Assembly (NCBI GenBank): GCA_043718025.1
Contig: JAYSWN010000120.1
Span: 1-10,165, forward strand
Length of the DNA stretch: 10,165 bases
DNA from: Pseudomonadota bacterium
Lineage (GTDB): Bacteria; Bdellovibrionota; FAC87; UBA2466
Direction: 5' to 3'
Shown: positions 1 through 7,231 of the stretch, in pieces
Numbering within the stretch: position 1 is the stretch's first letter
Layout: every line of letters starts with the position of its first letter
The notes under the pieces: model-generated
The model's database searches: none
The model's input: the letters and a program-made list of their open reading frames with translations, nothing else
Told to the model about the DNA's origin: nothing
Program-made: the position numbers and the translations under genes

Positions 1-87
1 GAATTACAGCTTGAAATGCAAAATATCGGAAAGATGCTTTCAGGCCTTATTCGTTATTTGGAGAAGAATCCGCGGAAGACAGTTTAA
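1..87 (+). CDS. 3' end of probable four-helix-bundle protein (TIGR02436 / 23S rRNA IVP-like), partial
   Basis: Frame 1 reads ELQLEMQNIGKMLSGLIRYLEKNPRKTV* (TAA 85-87). IGKMLSGLIRYL resembles the C-terminal helix of that family. Only 28 codons are visible. Confidence 0.6.
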   Translation, partial: ELQLEMQNIGKMLSGLIRYLEKNPRKTV

Positions 88-111
88 GGTTAAACTTAAG
101 GTTAACCTTAA
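84..111. repeat. 12-bp period repeat containing a perfect 16-bp palindrome; possible terminator hairpin
   Basis: TTAAGGTTAAAC-TTAAGGTTAACC-TTAA; 96-111 TTAAGGTTAACCTTAA is self-complementary. Confidence 0.7.
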
Positions 112-117
112 TAGTTA

Positions 118-144
118 TGGCGGGGCGGACGGGTTTAGTCCAAG
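118..144 (-). mobile_element. att junction 1: tRNA(Asp)-like 3' fragment plus start of element arm
   Basis: Reverse complement of 118-133 is CCCGT-CCGCCCC-G-CCA (T-stem 3' strand, acceptor 3' strand, G discriminator, CCA). Followed on + by AGTCCAAG (137-144), as at junction 3. The rest of the tRNA is absent. Confidence 0.8.
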
Positions 145-272
145 CCCAAAATGCAACTCATTGAGTCGACTCAATAAACAACAATCATAAGAGCTTACTT
201 AGAATTCGAAATTGCACGGAACTGCACCAATACCCACCTGGAATCCACTTTTGAACCCACAAAAAACCCACA
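145..272. repeat. Element arm, homologous to 7870-7988
   Basis: Shares CATTGAGTCGA(C/T)TCAAT, GCTTACT, TGC(A/G)CCAA and CCCACA in the same order and similar spacing with the arm right of junction 3. Perfect palindrome ATTGAGTCGACTCAAT at 160-175; ACCCACA at 255 and 266. Confidence 0.75.
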
Positions 273-287
273 CTCTGAAGGAGTAGG

Positions 288-806
288 CTATTTTTTTTCT
301 GTAACGGCGCACGGCGCATCTATCTTCAATAGTTCTGTGGCCGCCCGGATAATATCTTGCTTGTAGCCTTCAATCACCGGAGTTGGATCGTAGGAATCAT
401 TCTCATATCGTTTGGGGAGATCTTCAATTTCACTGGCCAGCCCAACAAAGGACAATAAGAGCCCAGATGGATTTTCAATGTTGTTGGAAATATCCCACCA
501 TATTTTCCTTGCTCCCTCGTAGGGTGTGAGCTGGCCATCCACAATAGCCTTTGCATAGTAGTGTGCGGCAACTAACTGGGAATCGGCCTTGGATGGCTTC
601 AAGATCTTCAGCTCACGCAATGAGCTCTCAAAGAGTGGACCGACTTCAGCAATGGTGGGATTGGATTCCCCGGCCAAAAGAACGAGAGACTTGGATTCAA
701 GTCCTCCTTCAACGGCGGCAAACGCGCAATCGACCAATTGCTGACTGCTCAGCATACCGAGCACGTAGAATGCGATATTTTCCTGAAAGGTTGGTTTAGG
801 AGTCAT
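288..806 (-). CDS. Hypothetical protein (172 aa), probably co-transcribed with the TA pair
   Basis: Clean ORF 17 bp downstream of the antitoxin stop on the same strand, GGTGAG upstream of ATG, helical-looking sequence, no recognised motif. Confidence 0.75.
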   Translation of the reverse strand: MTPKPTFQENIAFYVLGMLSSQQLVDCAFAAVEGGLESKSLVLLAGESNPTIAEVGPLFESSLRELKILKPSKADSQLVAAHYYAKAIVDGQLTPYEGARKIWWDISNNIENPSGLLLSFVGLASEIEDLPKRYENDSYDPTPVIEGYKQDIIRAATELLKIDAPCAVTEKK

Positions 807-823
807 TTTATTCTCACCGCGAA

Positions 824-1105
824 CTATGCGACACGTTTTGGAATAATTTTGAAATCAAATCCGAGTTCTTGAAGGACACTAAGAAGAACATCAAATGTGA
901 CTTTTGCGGTTCCTACTCCGGATTCAATTTGAGCAATACGCCCTTGGCTCACGCCAATCTTCTTCGCAAATGCCGCTTGAGAAAGTCCTTTATCTTTTCT
1001 TGCTTGGGAAATTAGTTCACTGAGCTTTTGTTTCTCTCTAACTTCGGCCGGATTGATACCCAATGTTTTTGCTAGCTTCTCAAAATTTGTTTCTTTCCAT
1101 GACAT
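824..1105 (-). CDS. XRE-family HTH antitoxin (HigA-like)
   Basis: ARKDKGLSQAAFAKKIGVSQGRIAQIESG is a Cro/C1 HTH. AAGGAG RBS lies inside the toxin 3' end; start is 1 bp after the toxin stop. Confidence 0.9.
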   Translation of the reverse strand: MSWKETNFEKLAKTLGINPAEVREKQKLSELISQARKDKGLSQAAFAKKIGVSQGRIAQIESGVGTAKVTFDVLLSVLQELGFDFKIIPKRVA

Positions 1106-1106
1106 G

Positions 1107-1439
1107 TTAAATCTCCTTAAGCCTTTTCAAAATCAATTGAGCGTCTTCTCTTGGGATCGTTTGTGTCTTCTTCTTCATCGCATGGACCATGTAAATCGCA
1201 TCGCCCCTCTTAATGAAGTAGAAGAACCGCACTTGCCCACCACGATCTTTGAACCGCAGTTCATGAAGGCCGTGGTAGATGTTCGAAAGATTCCGGCTCA
1301 GAGGCATTGGAAGGACTCTGCCCTGCTCCAACAGCGAGACAGCATCTAAGAACTCACCCTGAACCTCTTTCGAGCACTCGCGAAGAAACGTTTCCACCGG
1401 ACTTCGGCCTGATGTCGTTTCATAGAAGCGTATCTTCAC
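1107..1439 (-). CDS. RelE/ParE-superfamily toxin (HigB/Gp49-like)
   Basis: IRFYETTSGRSPVETFL, GLHELRFK, VRFFYF and MVHAMKKKTQTIP are typical of Gp49/HigB toxins. Toxin-before-antitoxin order; GTG start. Confidence 0.9.
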   Translation of the reverse strand: MKIRFYETTSGRSPVETFLRECSKEVQGEFLDAVSLLEQGRVLPMPLSRNLSNIYHGLHELRFKDRGGQVRFFYFIKRGDAIYMVHAMKKKTQTIPREDAQLILKRLKEI

Positions 1440-1446
1440 GTTTCCT

Positions 1447-1479
1447 ATTATAAGCTATAACTAATAATTAGTTCAAGCT
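1447..1479 (-). promoter_or_regulatory. sigma70-type promoter with overlapping operator for TA copy 1
   Basis: Minus strand TTGAAC (1476-1471), 18 bp, TATAAT (1452-1447). Inverted repeat AACTAAT-n-ATTAGTT (1459-1473) flanked by AGCT on both sides. Confidence 0.75.
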
Positions 1480-1493
1480 AATACTAGGACTGA

Positions 1494-1607
1494 GAACCCA
1501 CACGTGACCCACAAGCGAACTCGTACCCATGTTTTTAATTTTGATTTCAATGACTAAGAGAATGGTGGGGCGGACGGGACTAGTCCCAAGCAGAGTGCAA
1601 AGCATTG
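1494..1607 (-). mobile_element. att junction 2: left arm, tRNA 3' fragment, truncated right arm
   Basis: ACCCACA at 1496 and 1507; IHF-like TTTCAATGACTAA 1545-1557; core 1563-1581 (reverse complement AGTCCCGTCCGCCCCACCA); palindrome GGGACTAGTCCC 1576-1587. Similarity to the other right arms stops after AAAGCATTG (~1607). Confidence 0.8.
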
Positions 1608-1625
1608 CGGGCTAGTCTCTGCGCG

Positions 1626-1741
1626 GCCATTGAAGCTAGCTGCCTCTTCCGCTATTTGCTTAGGATGGGAAATCAAACCGTAGCCGGCAGCCAGTTTGTG
1701 AATATTGCCGCCTACAAATTTGCCCCGCTGCGGGATCTCAA
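1626..1741 (+). repeat. 116-bp direct repeat copy A: upstream region and first ~26 codons of the trhO-like/rluA gene (5' fragment)
   Basis: Ungapped match to 3137-3252 (offset 1511). ATG 1665 gives MGNQTVAGSQFVNIAAYKFAPLRDLK versus ...FVNSAAYKFAPLRDLK. Confidence 0.9.
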
Positions 1742-1880
1742 GCGGCTGCCGAATATAACCAGGGCGCGAAAGCCGGGCTTGGTTTCGTACACTGCCTTTA
1801 TCCACGCCAGAAAGGCCTCGGGTTCGATTGGTGTTTTTCCGCCGGATGAGTTAGACCTTCGCTCCAACCAAGGAGAATCT

Positions 1881-3101
1881 ATGAAATTGGCTCAAGTTTG
1901 GATTGCGGGATGGCTCTCCCTACTTCTGTTGGCAGCCCAGGCGAACGCTCAGACTAAAGTCCGCATTCTGGGCATTATGGACTACGCGGCCGCCAACGTG
2001 GGAGAGAGCATCAAGAAGGATGCTTCTCGCCTTCAGCAGTGGCACCTCTCCGTTTTCGAAAGCGACACCTTCCCCAATTTAAAGGGCAAATCGACCATTC
2101 ATTACTTGGGCACCGATGGCCTTGCGCTCAAGCCCGATGTGATTCGCGCCTATTTCAAAAGCGCTCCCATTCAGCCCGATGAATCGCTCCTCGTGTTTTA
2201 TTCAGGCCATGGAGGAATGGATTTCCGGCGATTTCCTATGGGCCAGTACCTTTCGCTCAGTGGCGGCGATATTAGCGAAACTGAGCTCATTGAGATATCG
2301 CAAGCTCCGTTGACCCTTTTGTTTCTCAATGCCTGTTCCAGCTTTCCACTCCCTCTGAAAGAGAAGCCGGAGATGGGAGCGGCGCAGCCTCAGGATTGGG
2401 CTCCGTTTGAGAAGCTGATTGGCCGCCTCTTTTTCGAACCGGTGGGGGTAATGATCCTTCGCGCGGCCTCCCAGGGGCAAACCGCATGGGGTACACCGGA
2501 TGGCTCGTATTTTGGGTTAGAGGTAATGAAGGGGTTGGATCCGTACAATCTTTACCGCCTGGCTAATGATCCCAATCCCTGGCCGGCTCTTTTGAAGTCG
2601 ATCACCCAAGAAACGCAAAAGCGCTTTCAGGCGGCAAAGCAGGCGGTGGCGCAGAACCCTCCCGCCGATACCGCATCGTCGATTCTCGCCGCACAAGACC
2701 AGCTCCCTTACGCACACTATTCCGTCCATGCCCCGAGCCTTTCCGGAATCGATTACGTGGCTTACTACCCCGTGAAGTGGAACGCCCAGAAAGCAAAGAA
2801 GGAAAGGCGCATTTCCTTTAAGTTTTGGGTTGCGGGGTTGAATGGGAGTACGCTTCAAGCACGTGCCTATTTTTATCAGGATGAAAGAACGCCTCTGCAA
2901 TCGACCAACGCCAATGGCATTTCCTACTACCTCGCCACGGAGGCGGAGAACATTCCTGTGACAAATCCGCAGGGCGCTTGGGGTTACGCTTATCTAAACG
3001 ATGAAGTGCAAAACCTTCCCCAGCAGTACTTAGTGAAAGTGCATTTAATGAAGGACCGGGAAGCGGTAGCCGAATCGACTCTTACTCGATTTGCGCCGTA
3101 G
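1881..3101 (+). CDS. Secreted caspase-family (peptidase C14-like) protein, 406 aa
   Basis: AAGGAG RBS before ATG 1881; signal peptide MKLAQVWIAGWLSLLLLAAQANA; His motif LLVFYSGHGG (His codon 2208); Cys motif LLFLNACSS (Cys codon 2334); AASQGQTAWG...GSYF segment; beta-rich C-terminal domain. Confidence 0.8.
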   Translation: MKLAQVWIAGWLSLLLLAAQANAQTKVRILGIMDYAAANVGESIKKDASRLQQWHLSVFESDTFPNLKGKSTIHYLGTDGLALKPDVIRAYFKSAPIQPDESLLVFYSGHGGMDFRRFPMGQYLSLSGGDISETELIEISQAPLTLLFLNACSSFPLPLKEKPEMGAAQPQDWAPFEKLIGRLFFEPVGVMILRAASQGQTAWGTPDGSYFGLEVMKGLDPYNLYRLANDPNPWPALLKSITQETQKRFQAAKQAVAQNPPADTASSILAAQDQLPYAHYSVHAPSLSGIDYVAYYPVKWNAQKAKKERRISFKFWVAGLNGSTLQARAYFYQDERTPLQSTNANGISYYLATEAENIPVTNPQGAWGYAYLNDEVQNLPQQYLVKVHLMKDREAVAESTLTRFAP

Positions 3102-3136
3102 AGATCGCGAGGCCAAAGGCAAGAATCCCTCGGCCC

Positions 3137-3252
3137 GCCATTGAAGCCAGCTACCTCTTCAGCTATCTGCTTAGGATGGGAAATCAAACCGTTGCCGGCA
3201 GCCAGTTTGTGAATAGTGCCGCCTACAAATTTGCCCCGTTGCGGGACCTCAA
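3137..3252 (+). repeat. 116-bp direct repeat copy B
   Basis: Matches 1626-1741. Confidence 0.9.
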
Positions 3253-4609
3253 AAAGCTTCGAGCCGACTTGCAAGCGTGTTGCAAGGCTTGGGGATTGAA
3301 GGGCTCTATTTTGCTGAGCACGGAGGGGATCCATTTAGCTGTCTCGGGCGGTGCGGAGGAGAATGAACGGCTGCTGCAGCGTTTGCGGGCGATTGAGGGG
3401 CTCGAAAGCCTGTCGCCCAAGGTGAGCCAGAGCGCTACACCGCCTTTTCGGCGCATGCTGGTTCTAATCAGGAAGGAGATCGTCTCGCTTGGCGTAGACG
3501 GGCTCTCTCAACTCCATCGGAGTGCCGGTGCGCAATGCGCTGCCTGTTTGACGCCTCTCACCGAGGAGGAACAAAGAGACGAGACGTACGAGGAGGGGCG
3601 TTCTTGTCGGTATTGTTTTAAATCGTCGGATAAAGAAATGCGGGATTCGATTGCCGTTCGTCAGCAGGCGATCGCCGAACTCACAGAAACGCTTCCCGGC
3701 AGTGAGCCCTACAACCAAGCGCGCCCTATCCGCATCCCCGAAAAGTACGATGGGGACCTATTGCTCGGTTTTCTCACCCGCAAGTTCCGTCATCTCACGC
3801 GTGACTTCTGGCAGGGGGAGATCGAGGGAAAACGGCTTTGTAACGCGGATCGAGAACCCGTAAAGGCCGACCAAATCGTCCGCGTGGGAGAACGCTACTT
3901 TCGCATTTCCTCGAACGAAAGCGAGCCGCCGGTCAACTCGGACGTTCGCCTTCTTTTTGAGGACGAAGCGATCGTCGTTATCGAGAAGCCAGCGCCCTTG
4001 CCCGTCCATCCTTGCGGCAGGTTTAACCGCAATACGCTCCAGTTCTTTCTCGATAAAGTGTATGCGCCCCAGAAACCTCACATCGCGCATCGCCTCGATG
4101 CCGACACTACGGGGCTCATGGTGGTCGCTCGGACCAAACATTTTGCAACCCGTTTGCAGCCTCAGTTTGCGTGCGGCCAGGTACACAAGACGTACCTCGC
4201 TCGCGTGCACGGGAGCCCTTTAGAGGACCGGTTTGTTTGCGACCTCGCGCTCAGTGATGGCTTGAGCGCCAATGGAAAGCGGGAGGCGGCGAGCGATGGG
4301 CTTGTGGCTCGGACCGAATTTACGGTCCTTAAGCGCTTTGAGGATGGCACGGCCTTGCTCGAGGTTCGGCCGATCACGGGTCGTACCAATCAGATCCGCA
4401 TCCACCTGTGGGAACTCGGGTTTCCGATATGCGGAGACCCCAGGTACTTGCCCGGAAGGCGGCTTGGGAAGGTGCAAAGCAAAACCATCACGGATACTCC
4501 CTTGTGTCTTCACTCCAAAAGCATCGAGTTCTTCCATCCCCTGTCGCAGGAGCGAATGAAGTTTGAGAAGGCCGATGTGGCATGGGCGGTTTCCACGAGT
4601 CTGGGGTAA
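3176..4609 (+). CDS. RluA-family pseudouridine synthase fused to TrhO(YceA)-like N-terminal and Cys-rich segments; rhodanese core absent
   Basis: N-terminus has AAYKFAPL, GLKGSILLSTEGI, PPFRRMLVLIRKEIVSLG, then CAAC...SCRYC. C-terminus has RluA motifs IEKPAPLPVHP, HRLDADTTGL (catalytic Asp codon 4097), VHKTYLARV, TGRTNQIRIHL, ICGDPRY, LCLHS. Confidence 0.85.
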   Translation: MGNQTVAGSQFVNSAAYKFAPLRDLKKLRADLQACCKAWGLKGSILLSTEGIHLAVSGGAEENERLLQRLRAIEGLESLSPKVSQSATPPFRRMLVLIRKEIVSLGVDGLSQLHRSAGAQCAACLTPLTEEEQRDETYEEGRSCRYCFKSSDKEMRDSIAVRQQAIAELTETLPGSEPYNQARPIRIPEKYDGDLLLGFLTRKFRHLTRDFWQGEIEGKRLCNADREPVKADQIVRVGERYFRISSNESEPPVNSDVRLLFEDEAIVVIEKPAPLPVHPCGRFNRNTLQFFLDKVYAPQKPHIAHRLDADTTGLMVVARTKHFATRLQPQFACGQVHKTYLARVHGSPLEDRFVCDLALSDGLSANGKREAASDGLVARTEFTVLKRFEDGTALLEVRPITGRTNQIRIHLWELGFPICGDPRYLPGRRLGKVQSKTITDTPLCLHSKSIEFFHPLSQERMKFEKADVAWAVSTSLG

Positions 4610-4621
4610 GGTAAGAGGGGC

Positions 4622-6766
4622 ATGGAACTCAGCGATTTTGCCAAAATCATTCTCCACGGAAACCGTTGGGAAGATAAATTAGTCTCCAGCCACGATGGAT
4701 TCGACGACACCTGCCCCGGCCCCGCTCTGACGGAGATCCCGCGCTTTCCCGGCCGCCCGCTCAACCTCTCTCGCATCGGGAGAGCGGATTTCCCGAAGGT
4801 GGAACGCCTTAACGAGGACGCCGCGCGGGGGCGTCTGCTGCACTTCTTTGCCAACCATGAGTTGCTCGCGATGGAGCTGATGGCGTTGACGCTGCTGAGG
4901 TTTCCGTTAGCCGAACCAAGTTTTCGACTGGGGCTCGCCCGCACGATCGTCGAAGAGCAGAAGCACTTAAGCCTGTACGTAGCGCGGATGCGGGAACTCG
5001 GAGTCGATTTCGGCGAGCTTCCGATCAGTGATTACTTCTGGAACGCGCTGAAAGAGGTGACCTCCCCGTTGGATTTCGTTGTTCACATGAGTCTCACGCT
5101 CGAACAGGCGAACCTCGATTTCTCCCTTTTTTACCAGCAAGCGGTGGCGGCGGTGGGAGATGAAAAAACATCTGCTCTCTTGGAAGTCGTTTACCGAGAA
5201 GAGATCGGGCACGTGAAGCACGGGGTCACTTGGTTCAACCGCTGGCGAGAAAAAAGCCCAGGGGGCCGGGAGGAAGACGACTGGGAGGCCTACCTGCGGT
5301 GTCTAAAGCCCCCGATGAATCCGCGTCGCGCGAAGGGCCCACTCTATTGTGCGGCGGCTCGTCGAGAAGCGGGGCTTTCGGAGCGGTATATTAGTGAAAT
5401 GGAAGTTTACTCCGGTTCCAAAGGCCGTCCGCCCACGTATTGGCTTTATAACCCGCTGTGCGATTCCGAGATCGTGCGCGGAAAGCCGGGGTTTACGGGC
5501 ACGAAGAAGGTGCTGAACCTGGGCTTGGATCTCGAAGTCATTCCCGCCTTTCTGGCTCTGGAAACCGACGTCATTTTGGCCCGTGAGCTACCCCGTGCCG
5601 CGTGGCTCAAATCTCTCCAAACCGCCGGCATCCGCCTGCCTGAGTTTCGGAAACTGCGGCAAACCGGCGAACCATTTCCGGAGCGCCATATTGCCGGCTT
5701 TGAACCTTGGGGGTGGAGCCCGGATTCGTTTGCCCATTTTAAATCGGGTGCTCCGAAGTTGATCCCCATCGCCGGAGGCAACGGGGCTTGGGCAAGCCTC
5801 ATTCTACAAAAAGCCGATTTCAACGAAACGGGCTTGCGGCCCCTTTTCTCCAAGACCTGGAGTCTCGATTTCTACCGCGACTGGATGGAGAAGCACCCCG
5901 AAGACAAAGCCGTTTTCGGACCGGGACTTTCTTTGGATGAAACGTTGGGCAGCGTTTTTCACGACTGGAGTTCCGCGCGAGCCTACTTGGAAGAAAAGGT
6001 GAGTCGATCGGAAGTCGTATTGGCGAAAGCCCCTTGGGGAGCGTCGGGTACGATGAACAAGCGGGTTTTGAGTGCCGACGAATTAGACTCCAATCTCGGG
6101 AAGTGGATCCAAAACACCATCGACTCTCAGGGTGCGATCGTTTTGGAACCTTGGTTAGACAATCTCGCCGACCTTTCCGTGCAGATTGAGGTTGGCGCAA
6201 CCCCCAAAGTCCTAGCCGCGCGGCAGTTTCTCAATGGCCGGCAGATGGAGTACCGCGGCACTATTCTGGGGCCGAAGTTCCCAAATCTAACGAGCGAACA
6301 AATCCGATTCCTGCATGCGGGCAATGCCGCGGTTTCCCCACTCTCACGCTGGCAAGCAATGGCGGAGGCGGTTGGGGCGGCACTTTACAGCCAGGGCTAT
6401 GAAGGGAATGCAGGCGTCGATGCGCTTTTGGCAAAAAAAGGCGACCGATTGTTTTTTCGCCCCATCGTCGAAATCAATCCGCGCTGGACCATGGGACGTG
6501 TCGCTTTGGAATGGGAGAAGTACATCGCTGCGGGGGTGCCCGCCGCCTGGCTATTTTTACCGGCGAATGCGGAAACCCGCGGCCTCGCCAAGCGTCACCC
6601 AGTGAGGATGCAGGTAAAGAATGGAAAAGGGGCGATCTCCGAAGGAGTTCTCTTTACCAACGATTCCGATGTGGCGCGGGAAGTGCTGACAGCGTTGGTG
6701 GTGGGAACTACGGCGCTGGAGGATTCGCTCCAGACCGAGGCTCTCGGGGGGCGCCTTCGGACATAA
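4622..6766 (+). CDS. DUF455 ferritin-like (diiron) domain fused to an ATP-grasp-like domain, 714 aa
   Basis: Diiron ligand pattern in LHFFANHELLAMEL, EEQKH, TLEQANLD, EEIGHVKHGVTWF. C-terminal VLAKAPWGASG, IVLEPWL, GNAGVDAL and IVEINPRWTMG are ATP-grasp motifs. 12 bp from the upstream stop, GAGGGG RBS. Confidence 0.8.
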   Translation: MELSDFAKIILHGNRWEDKLVSSHDGFDDTCPGPALTEIPRFPGRPLNLSRIGRADFPKVERLNEDAARGRLLHFFANHELLAMELMALTLLRFPLAEPSFRLGLARTIVEEQKHLSLYVARMRELGVDFGELPISDYFWNALKEVTSPLDFVVHMSLTLEQANLDFSLFYQQAVAAVGDEKTSALLEVVYREEIGHVKHGVTWFNRWREKSPGGREEDDWEAYLRCLKPPMNPRRAKGPLYCAAARREAGLSERYISEMEVYSGSKGRPPTYWLYNPLCDSEIVRGKPGFTGTKKVLNLGLDLEVIPAFLALETDVILARELPRAAWLKSLQTAGIRLPEFRKLRQTGEPFPERHIAGFEPWGWSPDSFAHFKSGAPKLIPIAGGNGAWASLILQKADFNETGLRPLFSKTWSLDFYRDWMEKHPEDKAVFGPGLSLDETLGSVFHDWSSARAYLEEKVSRSEVVLAKAPWGASGTMNKRVLSADELDSNLGKWIQNTIDSQGAIVLEPWLDNLADLSVQIEVGATPKVLAARQFLNGRQMEYRGTILGPKFPNLTSEQIRFLHAGNAAVSPLSRWQAMAEAVGAALYSQGYEGNAGVDALLAKKGDRLFFRPIVEINPRWTMGRVALEWEKYIAAGVPAAWLFLPANAETRGLAKRHPVRMQVKNGKGAISEGVLFTNDSDVAREVLTALVVGTTALEDSLQTEALGGRLRT

Positions 6767-6811
6767 GACCCGTCAGGCGGTTTTCATCTGGTCAGAAGAA
6801 TCTGATTTTGT

Positions 6812-7156
6812 TTGGGAAAAAAATGGCGGGCCAGTCGGATCTTATGCGAACCAGTTTCCTCCACGGGTGAAATATCTGATTTCATTGAGTTCAGGTGGAT
6901 TCCCTTGCGCCAGGATAGGAGTTTCCTCCACCAAAAATACGTCGTTGAAGGCCTCTCAATCGACCAAATTTCGAAGCTGATTTTTTCTTCCAAAGACGCC
7001 ATTCGGCGCGGACTCATTAAGGTCGGAATTCCACTCAGAGAAGCGCACCAATGTCGGCTCCTCCAAACCGGGAAGAATGAGTATGCACCCAACCGGAAGG
7101 GTGGCCCACACCATCATAACGACGCCTTTACGGGCGTCATTTTGCAGCTTTCGTAG
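6812..7156 (+). pseudogene. Remnant of an HTH-like mobile-element protein; plausible coding only to about 7050
   Basis: FLHQKYVVEGLSIDQISKLIFSSKDAIRRGLIKVGIPLRE looks like an HTH. No convincing start, and the tail overlaps the opposite-strand ORF. Confidence 0.45.
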
Positions 7157-7177
7157 TTTGTGTTCCTTTGTTGGCAT
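6956..7177 (-). pseudogene. Probable 5' fragment of a membrane protein gene
   Basis: GGAG RBS and TGATAAAAT extended -10-like motif upstream of ATG 7177. Basic N-terminus, then hydrophobic GVVMMVWATLPVGCILILPGL, then runs into the antisense of the HTH remnant. Confidence 0.35.
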
Positions 7178-7231
7178 AAGACTCCGCCAATTTTATCACG
7201 GGAGGGGGAAAGAGTTCGAGACCCGTTGGAA

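Larger units (their letters stand above)
821..1607. repeat. Long diverged direct repeat, copy A (TA module + arm + att core)
   Basis: Colinear with 7229-7889. Offset is 6280 right of the toxin deletion and 6408 left of it. Confidence 0.9.

Noticed and set aside
1605..1880. 498-aa ORF start at 1605
   Set aside because: The extension is arm remnant plus the duplicated trhO-like start. The RBS and signal peptide point to ATG 1881.
3102..3136. Intrinsic terminator after the caspase gene (also looked after 6766)
   Set aside because: Only weak pairing and no convincing stem plus U-tract.
1554..3334. Similar minus-strand ORFs 1554-1805 and 2990-3334
   Set aside because: The shared peptide is only the antisense of the 116-bp repeat.
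2202..6870. Numerous short overlapping ORFs within the three long genes
   Set aside because: Shadow frames of GC-rich coding sequence with no motifs.
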